A stretch of DNA of 64,000 bases from positions 109,744 through 173,743 of the forward strand of contig CAVYDZ010000004.1 in the NCBI GenBank assembly GCA_963767485.1, given 5' to 3'. The position numbers and the translations under genes were made by a program. Of the stretch, positions 55,117 through 64,000 are shown in pieces; position 1 is the first letter of the stretch, and the number at the start of each line of letters is the position of its first letter. Below the pieces are notes generated by a model. That model was given only the letters and a program-made list of their open reading frames with translations. It searched no databases and was not told the DNA's origin. The DNA is from Terriglobia bacterium (GTDB taxonomy: Bacteria > Acidobacteriota > Terriglobia > Bryobacterales > Bryobacteraceae).

Positions 55117-57750
55117 TCATTCGTGCCGCAGCGCAAGCAGCGGATCAATGCTGGCCGCCCGCCGGGCCGGCGCAAGAATCGCGGCTAAGGCGACAACGGC
55201 TAACAGCAGCCCCACCCCGGCCAGCGTTCCCGGATCGCTCGGGCTCACTCCATAAAGCAACTTTGCCATCAAACGCGCGAGCGCCAGCGCGGCAATCGTT
55301 CCTGCCGCGATACCGACGAGCACCATGCCCAAGGCCTGCCGCAGAATGAGTTGCATCACTTGCCCGGGTTGCGCTCCAAGCGCCATCCGAATGCCGATTT
55401 CCTGCACTCGCCGCGTGGTCGCATAGGAGATCACACTGTAAATCCCGACGGCCGCGAGAAGCAGTGCCAATCCAGCGAAAACACTTAGCAAAAACAACAT
55501 GCCGCGCCGCTTGCCGATTGAATCGCCAATGATTTGCTCCATAGTCGCAACGTTACGGACGGGTTGGTCGCGAGTTGGCCCGAGTACGCTATGTTTCACG
55601 GCTTGCATGACCGACATGGGATTGGTGGAAGTCCGGACCAGAAGGCTCATGCCGCTCTGCGCGAGCCGCATGAGCTCATCCGGGAATTGTAAAAAGGGAA
55701 TATAGACGGCGGGTTCGCGTGGCCCGTAAGCATCTTCGTCCAGACTCTGGTGCTTGATGGCTCCCACCACGCCGATGATGCGCACGCGCCCCATCAACTG
55801 GATCGACACCTCCTTGCCGACCGGATCCTGGCCTGGGAAGAGGCGCTTGGCCAGTGTTTCATCGACGACAATGACTGGCTGACTGCCTAAGCGATCCTGC
55901 TTAGTGAAGAAGCGTCCGCGCAGCAAGGGAATTTTCATAGTGCGCAGATAGGCGGGTGTCGGGGAATACGCTACCGCACGCGGCGCATTCTTGGGAGTGA
56001 ATGGTTCAGCGCCCGTCCAATAAGCGACCTGTTGGTTGTCCCCGCTAAGCGGCACCAGCGAATCGAGCGCGGCTGCTTCAACGCCCGGCGTACTCTCGAC
56101 CCGTTCGAGAATCTGCTGCCAGGCGATACGCGTTAGGGCAGGACTAGTCGTAGCTGTTGGAGATAATCCTACGTCCATAGTGAGCACGTGATGTGGGTCG
56201 AAGCCAGGGTCCACGGCCCAAAGGCGCAGGATGGTACGCATCATCAGTCCAGCTCCGGTGAGCAGAACCAGCGCCAGCGCTAACTCGGCAATGACAAAGC
56301 TACTCTGCATTCGGTGGACGCCAGAGCTCGTCCCGCGCGACCCCTGCCGTAGGTCAGTTTCTAAGTCGAAGGACTGACGAAGCGCGGGCAGGAGGCCGAA
56401 GGCGATTCCCGTCAGCACGGACGCCGCCACGGTAAACAGCAGAACGCGCCAATCGAGCGATATTTCCTGTGCGCGGGGCAGCCAGTCCGGCATGAACCGC
56501 AGTGCCGGGCGTGTTGCAAGAGCAGCTATGGCTAATCCTGAGCCTCCGCCGATCAGGCTCAGCAGCACGCTTTCGGTCAAAAGCTGGCGGACGAGGCGCG
56601 CTCGTCCCGCTCCTAACGCTGCACGTATGGCGAATTCGCGGGAACGCGCCAGCGATCGCGCGAGGAACAGATTCGCTACATTGGCGCAGGCAATCAGGAG
56701 CACTAGCGCGACGGCTCCCGCCAGCAGCAGGAGCGTCGAACCGGTGTCGCCAATGACCTCTTGTTTCAGAGGCTCCGTGCCGAAGGTCATATTGGTATTA
56801 GTGTCCGGATATTCGCGGGCGAGTCGCAGGCCGATGGCTTTCAATTCCGCATCGGCTTCGTGGCGCGTCACGCCGGGCTTTAGGCGGCCGATGGCATTGA
56901 TACCCAGGTACATGTCGCGCTTCTGTGTGGCAACGTCATCGTTCTGGCCGATCGGCGTCAGGAGTTTTCGGTCAGTGAAGAAACGAAACCCCGCTGGCAA
57001 AATACCCACGACAGTGTAAGCCTTGCCGCCCGCGATTACGGTTGAACCAATCGCATCGGGCCGGCCGCCGAAGCGTTCCTGCCAGAGCGAGTAAGCAATC
57101 ACCGCGACCGGGGCTGCGCCGCGCCGGTCATCTTCCGGGCGAAACTCGCGGCCGAGAACCGGCCGAATACCGAGCACCGATAGAAATCCGGCGGATACCT
57201 GCCGGGCGGACATATATTCCGGTTCCCCGGGCGACGTGATGTTTATTCCCTTGTTGCGCCACGCCGCTATGCTCTCGAAAGAGTGGCTCGCTCGCTTGCA
57301 ATCCAGAAAGTCGGGGTAGGAGAAGGCAAAGTTTTCTCCTGTTTTCCGCAGTTGTTCTTGAACCGCCACCAGCCTGCTCGGATCGCGATACGGCAACGGA
57401 CGCAAAATCACCCCGTTGATCACACTGAAAATCGCCGTATTCGCGCCGATCCCAAGCGCGAGCGTACATACCGCCCCGGCCGCAAACCCAGGACTCCTCC
57501 TCAATGTCCGCCACGCAAACCGGACATCCTGCACGAGCGTTTCCAGCCACCCCGTCCCGCGCGCGTCCCGGCAATCCTCCTGGATCTGCTCCATCCCGCC
57601 GAACTGAAGCGAAGCGCTGTGCCGCGCCTCCTCTTCCGTCATGCCGGCTCGCAAATTATCCGCAATCTGCCGCTCGAGGTGATATTGGAGCTCCGCCTTT
57701 AATTGCCGCTCCAAGGTCCGTCGGCCCAACACCCGCCGCCACCAGTTCAT
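55117..57750 (-). CDS. Duplicated FtsX/MacB-type ABC permease (ADOP family)
   Basis: 877 aa with two FtsX modules. The N-terminus MNWWRRVLGRRTLERQLKAELQYHLERQIADNLRAGMTEEEARHSASLQFGG is characteristic of acidobacterial duplicated orphan permeases. No adjacent ATPase gene. Confidence 0.8.
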   Translation of the reverse strand: MNWWRRVLGRRTLERQLKAELQYHLERQIADNLRAGMTEEEARHSASLQFGGMEQIQEDCRDARGTGWLETLVQDVRFAWRTLRRSPGFAAGAVCTLALGIGANTAIFSVINGVILRPLPYRDPSRLVAVQEQLRKTGENFAFSYPDFLDCKRASHSFESIAAWRNKGINITSPGEPEYMSARQVSAGFLSVLGIRPVLGREFRPEDDRRGAAPVAVIAYSLWQERFGGRPDAIGSTVIAGGKAYTVVGILPAGFRFFTDRKLLTPIGQNDDVATQKRDMYLGINAIGRLKPGVTRHEADAELKAIGLRLAREYPDTNTNMTFGTEPLKQEVIGDTGSTLLLLAGAVALVLLIACANVANLFLARSLARSREFAIRAALGAGRARLVRQLLTESVLLSLIGGGSGLAIAALATRPALRFMPDWLPRAQEISLDWRVLLFTVAASVLTGIAFGLLPALRQSFDLETDLRQGSRGTSSGVHRMQSSFVIAELALALVLLTGAGLMMRTILRLWAVDPGFDPHHVLTMDVGLSPTATTSPALTRIAWQQILERVESTPGVEAAALDSLVPLSGDNQQVAYWTGAEPFTPKNAPRAVAYSPTPAYLRTMKIPLLRGRFFTKQDRLGSQPVIVVDETLAKRLFPGQDPVGKEVSIQLMGRVRIIGVVGAIKHQSLDEDAYGPREPAVYIPFLQFPDELMRLAQSGMSLLVRTSTNPMSVMQAVKHSVLGPTRDQPVRNVATMEQIIGDSIGKRRGMLFLLSVFAGLALLLAAVGIYSVISYATTRRVQEIGIRMALGAQPGQVMQLILRQALGMVLVGIAAGTIAALALARLMAKLLYGVSPSDPGTLAGVGLLLAVVALAAILAPARRAASIDPLLALRHE

Positions 57751-57859
57751 ATCTTTGCCTTCTACCTATCATTCGTATGATACGGCAGAGAAGGTGTAGA
57801 AGTTCAAGGTAACTTTGTGTGGGGCACGCCCTCAGCCTTTAGCGGCCTCGCAGGCCACC

Positions 57860-60800
57860 CTATTGCCCGATATTGCGCTCGGCTCCCGCGTCCAGCAGAT
57901 GCAGAATGATGCGAAATGGCATTCCCGCAAGTTCCGGCTTATCTTCGATATCCGCTCTTACATCGAGCAACGCGCGTTCCATCATGTAGCTATGCAGCAG
58001 GATCTGCTGATCGGCCTGAGATTTAGGCAGGTACGCAGCGCCCGCAGCCGTCTTCCAATAACCCCGGACAAATGCGGCCGTAACGTACGAATACCAAAAT
58101 CTGGCGAGCGTGCGCAGTTCTTGCCGGGCGGACAACTGCGAATTGTCGAGAGCAGATAATTGGCGCACCGTGGACTGGGCGGCGTAACCAAACGACAGCA
58201 TCATACTCGCAACATCCCGCAGCGGACACCGCTTGATGCGGCGCTCGCTGACGGGAGAAGCTGGATCGCCTTCAAAGTCGGAAATCACCACGTCGTCATT
58301 CTGCACAAGCAGATGTCCTAAATGCAGGCGGCCATGGAAGCGGGAGCGCTCCGAAACAATCCGCTTCTCGTAAACCGCTTGCAGCTTCGCCACAATCGCG
58401 CCTTCCTCTTCCAGTACTTTCGCTGCAAGTTCCCGAATTTCATCAGGCATCTCCGAATAACGTTGCCTGATGAACTCCATGCGCCGTCCCACCAGGCCGA
58501 TGAACCCGTGATAAAGGCTCTGGCGGTAGAAGTCGTTAAAAGGCTCGGGCGCAAAAGCCGGATCGGCAAATTGGCTTGCGAGTATTTTGTGCAGCAGAGC
58601 GACTCGGTTGCCCATCTTTTCGGCGAAAGAAAGATATGGGCCGATGAACCGGGTAGCCTCGGGCGGAGGTTCCGCCAGCGCGAAGTCAAGACTGTACGCC
58701 TCGGCCGGGGAAAGTGCTTGTACTTCCGCCTGCGAGATACCGGACTGCACGGCCCGCGCGATGAACTGTTGCAACTGCTCGCGCGATTCATCCCAAGCCG
58801 TTCCTTCATTCTTCACAAAACCGTGCAGCAGCCCCACCACGCTGCTCTCGCCGTCGCTCGCTCGATATTCCAGGTAACCGGCGAACGGCACGGCATTCGC
58901 GAAAGGACGCGTTTCCGTGAGCATCTCACCCATCTCGACGCCGGGATGAATGCCCGGCTCAATTTTCCGCAGTACCTTGAGTACAAAGCGATCCCCGAAT
59001 CGAATCGAAGTGTCGATTTCAGAAGACAAGAATACGTAGGGCTCCAGATTCGGGTGCGTCCCGCCCCAAAGCTTGCGAAATTCCCGGTTCCGTTGTGCCA
59101 CGAGCTGTCCGTGCTCCCCTGAGAATCTCTTGCGCCGGGCGAACGCTTCGATCAGAGCCGTGCAAAACTCGCCGTTGCGGACCGCGCTATACAGCAAAGC
59201 TTGTCCTCCCCCGGGAATACGCACATCGGCGATGATCCAGCTTGGGCCTTGGCCCCGCACTCGCGTCTGATCTTCTTCGGTTTGCGCAAGGCCCATTGGA
59301 ACCGCAAACGTTTCCGGGTCGCCCGCCGCGTATTCGATGTGCACAAAGGCCAGCCGGAACCGGTCGTCGCCCAACGGAATCGATTCGGTGATTTGAATGG
59401 ACCGCAGCCGGCGGTCTTTCGAGTGGAACCAATGCTGCGCTTGCAGGAAACGCGGCAGAACGGCTGCAATGCTAACGCGAATCGTAGGATCCCATATGTC
59501 CCGCAGCGATGGAATGCTCAGAATGGGAATACTCTGCTGCCGCTGTTCCAGAGTTGGCGCACTCACGTTTATCGGAACCTGCCGGGGCTCGAGGGAAAAC
59601 CAGAAAAACGAATTCGGCCCGAGCGTAAGCGGATAATAACTCTCGCCAATCGTTGGAAAATCCGTCCGCCCAAAAAGTTCTACCGGTGTATGCCCGTTGA
59701 ACTTCTGCAAATCCAACTGCACCGCTTGCGCGAAGCGCGAAAGATTCGCCACCACTAGGATAATTTCATCTTCGTAACGGCGTACATACGCCAGCACGCG
59801 CTGATTGCTCGGGAGCAGAAACTCGAGCGTGCCGCGGCCAAACGCCCGGTATTGTTTGCGCAGCGCGATCAGCCGTTTCGTCCAGTTCAACAGCGAGTTG
59901 GGATTATCCTGCTGCGATTCCACATTGATCGCTTCGTAGTGATAAGCCGGATCGATATTCACCGGAAGATACAGCCGCTGCGGATTGGCGCTCGAGAATC
60001 CGGCGTTGCGGTCCGGGCTCCATTGCATCGGAGTGCGGACGCCGTTGCGGTCCCCGAGATATACGTTATCGCCCATGCCGATTTCGTCGCCGTAATAGAT
60101 CACCGGCGTGCCGGGCATCGAGAACAGCAGCGCGTTCATCACCTCTATTCGCGCGCGATCGTTGCCGAGCAGCGGAGCCAGCCGACGCCGAATTCCAAGA
60201 TTAATGCGCGCGCGCTGGTCCGCTGCATACACGCGATACATGTAGTCCCGCTCTTCGTCCGTCACCATTTCGAGCGTCAGCTCATCATGGTTGCGCAGGA
60301 ACATCGCCCACTGGCAGGTCTCCGGAATGTCCGGCGTGCGCTTCAGAATCTCCACAATGGGCAAACGGTCCTCCAGCCGTAATGCCATAAACAGGCGCGG
60401 CATTAGAGGGAAGTGGAAATTCATGTGGCATTCATTGCCCGAGCCGAAGTACGCCACCGCATCTTCGGGCCACATATTGGCTTCCGATAAGAGCATACGG
60501 CCCGGATGCGTGTTGTCCAGATGCTGCCGCAGTTCCCGCAAGAACGCATGCGTCTCCGGAAGATTTTCACAACTGGTGCCTTCCCGTTCATATAAGTAAG
60601 GGATGGCGTCCAGTCGGAATCCATCGACACCCATGCCCGCCCAAAAATCCAGCGCGTGCATCACGGCGCGCCGCACGAGCGGATTATCGAAATTCAAATC
60701 CGGCTGATGCGAGTAAAAGCGGTGCCAGAAATACGCCTTGGCGACCGGATCCCAGCTCCAGTTCGAAGGCTCGAAATCCTTGAAGATAATGCGCGTGCCC

Positions 60801-61240
60801 GAATATTTGTTCGGGTCGTTGGTCCAAACATAAAAGTCACGCCATCGGGAACCGGGCTCGGCCGTGCGCGATCTCTGAAACCATTCATGCTGGTCGGAGG
60901 TGTGATTGATGACCAGCTCAGTGATCACGCGCAGTCCGCGGCGATGCGCCTCTCGAAGAAAATGTTGGAAATCGCGCAAAGTTCCATAGGCTGGATGAAC
61001 GTTGCGGAAATCGGAAATATCATAGCCGTCGTCTTTCCACGGCGAAGGAAAGAATGGAAGCAGCCAGATGGCCGTTACTCCCAGGTCTTCGAGGTAATCG
61101 AGTTTCTCGGCTAAGCCCCGAAAATCGCCCATCCCGTCAGCGTTGCTGTCGTAAAAAGCCCGCACATGGGCTTCATAAATGATTGCGTCTTTGTACCAAA
61201 GCGGGTCTTGAGTGGGGGTTCCGTTGATATGCGAAGGCAT
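57860..61240 (-). CDS. treS: Trehalose synthase (maltose alpha-D-glucosyltransferase) fused to a maltokinase domain
   Basis: GH13 N-terminus DPLWYKDAIIYEAHVRAFYDSNADGMGDFRGL...GVTAIWLLPFFPSP. The roughly 450-aa C-terminal extension has a kinase-like region (HGRLHLGHLLV, ISDFEGDP), as in TreS-Pep2 fusions. Confidence 0.85.
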   Translation of the reverse strand: MPSHINGTPTQDPLWYKDAIIYEAHVRAFYDSNADGMGDFRGLAEKLDYLEDLGVTAIWLLPFFPSPWKDDGYDISDFRNVHPAYGTLRDFQHFLREAHRRGLRVITELVINHTSDQHEWFQRSRTAEPGSRWRDFYVWTNDPNKYSGTRIIFKDFEPSNWSWDPVAKAYFWHRFYSHQPDLNFDNPLVRRAVMHALDFWAGMGVDGFRLDAIPYLYEREGTSCENLPETHAFLRELRQHLDNTHPGRMLLSEANMWPEDAVAYFGSGNECHMNFHFPLMPRLFMALRLEDRLPIVEILKRTPDIPETCQWAMFLRNHDELTLEMVTDEERDYMYRVYAADQRARINLGIRRRLAPLLGNDRARIEVMNALLFSMPGTPVIYYGDEIGMGDNVYLGDRNGVRTPMQWSPDRNAGFSSANPQRLYLPVNIDPAYHYEAINVESQQDNPNSLLNWTKRLIALRKQYRAFGRGTLEFLLPSNQRVLAYVRRYEDEIILVVANLSRFAQAVQLDLQKFNGHTPVELFGRTDFPTIGESYYPLTLGPNSFFWFSLEPRQVPINVSAPTLEQRQQSIPILSIPSLRDIWDPTIRVSIAAVLPRFLQAQHWFHSKDRRLRSIQITESIPLGDDRFRLAFVHIEYAAGDPETFAVPMGLAQTEEDQTRVRGQGPSWIIADVRIPGGGQALLYSAVRNGEFCTALIEAFARRKRFSGEHGQLVAQRNREFRKLWGGTHPNLEPYVFLSSEIDTSIRFGDRFVLKVLRKIEPGIHPGVEMGEMLTETRPFANAVPFAGYLEYRASDGESSVVGLLHGFVKNEGTAWDESREQLQQFIARAVQSGISQAEVQALSPAEAYSLDFALAEPPPEATRFIGPYLSFAEKMGNRVALLHKILASQFADPAFAPEPFNDFYRQSLYHGFIGLVGRRMEFIRQRYSEMPDEIRELAAKVLEEEGAIVAKLQAVYEKRIVSERSRFHGRLHLGHLLVQNDDVVISDFEGDPASPVSERRIKRCPLRDVASMMLSFGYAAQSTVRQLSALDNSQLSARQELRTLARFWYSYVTAAFVRGYWKTAAGAAYLPKSQADQQILLHSYMMERALLDVRADIEDKPELAGMPFRIILHLLDAGAERNIGQ

Positions 61241-61357
61241 GCAGTTCGCGCGTTTTCATGGTACACAACGCGGGAAAAACAGCACCAGCGATACTAAGGT
61301 GGTGCGCAACGGAACCCCGGCCTTAGGGGAGCAGATGGGCACCGCGACGAAATTCCT

Positions 61358-62623
61358 GTGGCCCGCATCGTTCTAAACACCTTCGGCTCTTTCGGCGATC
61401 TCCATCCTTTTCTTGCCATCGCACTCGAATTGAAACGTCGTGGCCACCAGCCTCTGATAGCCGCGCCCATCGTGTATCACAACAAGGTCTCCGACGAGGG
61501 AATCGATTTCGCGGCGGTCCGTCCCGACGTCGGCGAATTGCAGGACCAGCCCGAGCGTCTGCGCAAGCTCTGGGATCGCAAGCACGGCAGCGAATATCTG
61601 CTTAAAAAGATTCTTGCGCCCTACATCGAAGGAGCATTCGACGATCTGCGCGAGGCTTGCCGCGGCGCCAATCTGCTCCTTACGCACACCGCCGGATTCG
61701 CCGGACCCATCGTCGCCGAGGTCTTACATCTGCGCTGGCTCTCCGTTGCCCTGCAGCCCGTCGCTTTCTTTTCCACCTACGATCCGCCCGTACTCGCGCC
61801 GGTCGAGTGGCTGCACCGCTTCAAATCGCTCGGCCGGTGGCCCTTCCTGCTAGCTCGCCAATTCGGCCGTTTCCAAACCCGCCGTTGGCTCGCCCGCGTT
61901 GTCGATCTGCGTCGGCGGCTCGGCCTGCCTGTCGCGCCACATCCACTTTTTGAGGGCCAATTTTCTCCGTATGGAACCCTCGCTCTGTTCTCCCGGCATT
62001 TCGCGAAACCACAACCCGATTGGCCGCCGAACGTAACCGTGACAGGCTTTGTCTTTTACGATAAGTTCGGAGAAGGTTCCGAATCCGGTGATGTGCTCGA
62101 CGATTTCCTGGCAGCAGGTCCGCCTCCCATTGTCTTCACCCTGGGTTCATCGGCCGTGATGCATCCCGGCTCGTTCTTTCGGGAGAGCGCGGCGGCTGCG
62201 GCCGAACTCGGCCGGCGAGCCGTGCTCGTCGCTAGCGGACGCGCCCATAGACACATGCCGCATCACCTGCCGCCCTCGATTCTGTCTACCGGGTACGTCC
62301 CGTATTCCAAACTGTTGCCCGCAGCCGCCCTCGCTGTCCATCAAGGCGGCATCGGAACCACCGCACAAGCCTTGGCGGCCGGCAAACCCATGCTCGTTGT
62401 CCCGTGGGCGCACGACCAACCCGACAACGCGGCTCTCGTGGAACGGCTCGGCTTGGCGCTCACGCTCCGTCGCTCTCGCTATGCGCGCACTCGCGTGACG
62501 GAGAAACTCGATCGGCTGCTCAACGAACCCGCGTTCTCGGCCGCCGCCCATCAGCTTGGATCCCTGGTGCGCCACGAAAACGGTACCGCCGCCGCCTGCG
62601 ATGCCATCGAAGAAGCCCTCTAG
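61358..62623 (+). CDS. GT1-family (UDP-glycosyltransferase/MGT-like) glycosyltransferase
   Basis: Contains IVLNTFGSFGDLHPFLAIALELKRRGH and the donor-binding motif HQGGIGTTAQALAAGKPMLVVPWAHDQPDNA. GTG start. Confidence 0.8.
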   Translation: MARIVLNTFGSFGDLHPFLAIALELKRRGHQPLIAAPIVYHNKVSDEGIDFAAVRPDVGELQDQPERLRKLWDRKHGSEYLLKKILAPYIEGAFDDLREACRGANLLLTHTAGFAGPIVAEVLHLRWLSVALQPVAFFSTYDPPVLAPVEWLHRFKSLGRWPFLLARQFGRFQTRRWLARVVDLRRRLGLPVAPHPLFEGQFSPYGTLALFSRHFAKPQPDWPPNVTVTGFVFYDKFGEGSESGDVLDDFLAAGPPPIVFTLGSSAVMHPGSFFRESAAAAAELGRRAVLVASGRAHRHMPHHLPPSILSTGYVPYSKLLPAAALAVHQGGIGTTAQALAAGKPMLVVPWAHDQPDNAALVERLGLALTLRRSRYARTRVTEKLDRLLNEPAFSAAAHQLGSLVRHENGTAAACDAIEEAL

Positions 62624-62783
62624 CCAAACCCCGGTCGCAGCGACCAAAGAGCTTTTTACTTACACAGCCAAAACCCGTTAACCGGATTTCCACACCCGCC
62701 GCTACGAAAAGGAATCCGCCGAACTCCGCAGTTGCCGCCCCGTCCGCAGCCGTCCCGCCCCGCCTTTGACAACCGAATATGTT

Positions 62784-64000
62784 TCAGCGCTTCTTGCGAA
62801 TCAGCCGTCTCGCTTTGCGCACCACCGCCGGTGAAGCAGCGAACGCTTCATTTACCAGCGTGGCCTGCTGATCGTTGTGGAACTTAAGCGCGCCCGCCGC
62901 CGGACTCGCCGCCGTCGGCCGTCCCACATATCGAAGCTGGCGTCCCTGTCCTGCGGGATTGATGATGGGCTGTAACTGTTCCTCAACGAAATACCAGGCG
63001 CCCATGTTTTCCGGCTCTTCCTGTACCCAGAAGAGCTCCGTTGCATCGGGGTAGCGCCGCACAATGTCCACCAGACGCTGCAGCGGAAACGGGTAGAGCT
63101 GCTCGAGCCGGATGACCGCTACATCGTTGCGCCCCAGTTCCTCGCGCTTGTTCACCAGGTCGTAGAACACCTTGCCCGAGCAAAGCAGTAGCCGGCGCAC
63201 TTGACTGCCTACGAATTGAGGGTCGCCGATTACTTCCTGGAATGCGCCGCTCGTCAACTCTTCCAGCCGCGAAGTGGCCTTGTTATACCGCAGCAGGAAT
63301 TTCGGAGTGAAGATAATCAGCGGCTTGCGCAGCCCCCGCCGGTCCGCTCCGCAATGCATCTGCCGGCGCAACAAGTGAAAGTATTGTGCCGGCGTCGTGC
63401 AGTTGCAAACCTGCATGTTATTCTCCGCGCAAAGTTGCAGAAACCGCTCGATCCGCGCGCTCGAGTGTTCCGGTCCCTGTCCTTCCAGTCCATGCGGCAG
63501 CAGTAGCACCAGGCCGCTCGGCTGATTCCACTTCGATTCCGCGGAGACCACGAATTGGTCGATGATGATCTGCGCGCCGTTCACGAAATCGCCAAATTGT
63601 GCTTCCCACATCACCAGCGTGAGGGGATCGGCCACGCTATATCCGAACTCGAAGCCCATCACGGCATATTCGCTGAGCAGGCTGTCTACCGCTTCGAACT
63701 TTGCCTGGTTGGGAGCAAGATGCTTCAGCGGCAGATAGCCTTCGCCCGTTTCGTAGTCGCTGAACTCTAGATGGCGCTGGGTAAAAGTGCCGCGCGTCAC
63801 ATCTTCGCCGCTTAAGCGCACCGGCGTGCCCTCGAGCACCAGGCTGCCGAACGCCAGTGTTTCCGCGAACCCCCAGTCGATTGGCGCGCCTCGCAGCACC
63901 TCGCGCCGGCGGTCCAGTAGCGATTTGAGTTTGGGATGAACGTTGAAGTCGTCCGGCAGCGTTGTGCATCGCTCGATCACCTTGGCGAGCACGTGATAAT
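62784..64000 (-). CDS. sucA: 2-oxoglutarate dehydrogenase E1 component, C-terminal part (continues beyond the window end)
   Basis: Contains IDWGFAETLAFGSLVLEGTPVRLSGEDVTRGTFTQRH...WEAQFGDFVNGAQIIIDQF...LLLPHGLEGQGPEHSSARIERFLQ. The frame stays open to nt 64000. Confidence 0.88.
   Translation of the reverse strand, partial: YHVLAKVIERCTTLPDDFNVHPKLKSLLDRRREVLRGAPIDWGFAETLAFGSLVLEGTPVRLSGEDVTRGTFTQRHLEFSDYETGEGYLPLKHLAPNQAKFEAVDSLLSEYAVMGFEFGYSVADPLTLVMWEAQFGDFVNGAQIIIDQFVVSAESKWNQPSGLVLLLPHGLEGQGPEHSSARIERFLQLCAENNMQVCNCTTPAQYFHLLRRQMHCGADRRGLRKPLIIFTPKFLLRYNKATSRLEELTSGAFQEVIGDPQFVGSQVRRLLLCSGKVFYDLVNKREELGRNDVAVIRLEQLYPFPLQRLVDIVRRYPDATELFWVQEEPENMGAWYFVEEQLQPIINPAGQGRQLRYVGRPTAASPAAGALKFHNDQQATLVNEAFAASPAVVRKARRLIRKKR

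Overview
High-GC (about 60%) bacterial chromosomal segment. The gene content looks like Acidobacteriota: an ADOP-type duplicated FtsX permease, an ECF sigma factor paired with a Ser/Thr kinase, a PEGA-domain kinase, and many secreted glycoside hydrolases. This taxonomic call is inference only. Gene order, left to right: (1) A Wzx/Wzy-type exopolysaccharide locus at 1-8229, containing a BY-kinase co-polymerase, flippase, GT4, Wzy-like polymerase, GT4 and WbaP-like initiating transferase. (2) Mixed catabolic genes: sugar-phosphate isomerase, asparaginase-domain protein plus amine oxidase, GH29 fucosidase, uronate-isomerase-like protein and D-aminoacylase. (3) A TetR plus tripartite RND efflux operon at 16.4-22.9 kb. 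(4) An ECF sigma / anti-sigma / HEAT-repeat operon next to an unusual Gly/Tyr/Arg-rich secreted protein. (5) MsrB, GH130, an IorAB-type molybdoenzyme and a quinone reductase. (6) A VapBC module followed by a 4-kb stretch of frame-disrupted genes (35.1-39.2 kb: unknown protein, papain-like peptidase, STK-TPR kinase) behind an intact ECF sigma gene. (7) GH18, an HGSNAT-like acetyltransferase and an amidohydrolase. (8) Housekeeping genes: panCB, purC, guaB, treS-pep2 and sucA. I saw no rRNA, tRNA, CRISPR array, IS element or prophage gene. I did not recognise a convincing new multi-gene system. The most notable items are: a roughly 95-nt poly-G tract flanked by a 258-bp near-identical duplication inside the BY-kinase gene (probably an assembly artefact); a four-unit G-rich tandem repeat between convergent genes; the local cluster of frameshifts at 35-39 kb, which includes an uncharacterised peptidase/partner pair; and the glycine-zipper/RGYYGGG-repeat protein. 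Eleven single-nucleotide-type frame disruptions occur across the window, some at short homopolymers, so sequence quality must be checked before calling any of them a pseudogene.
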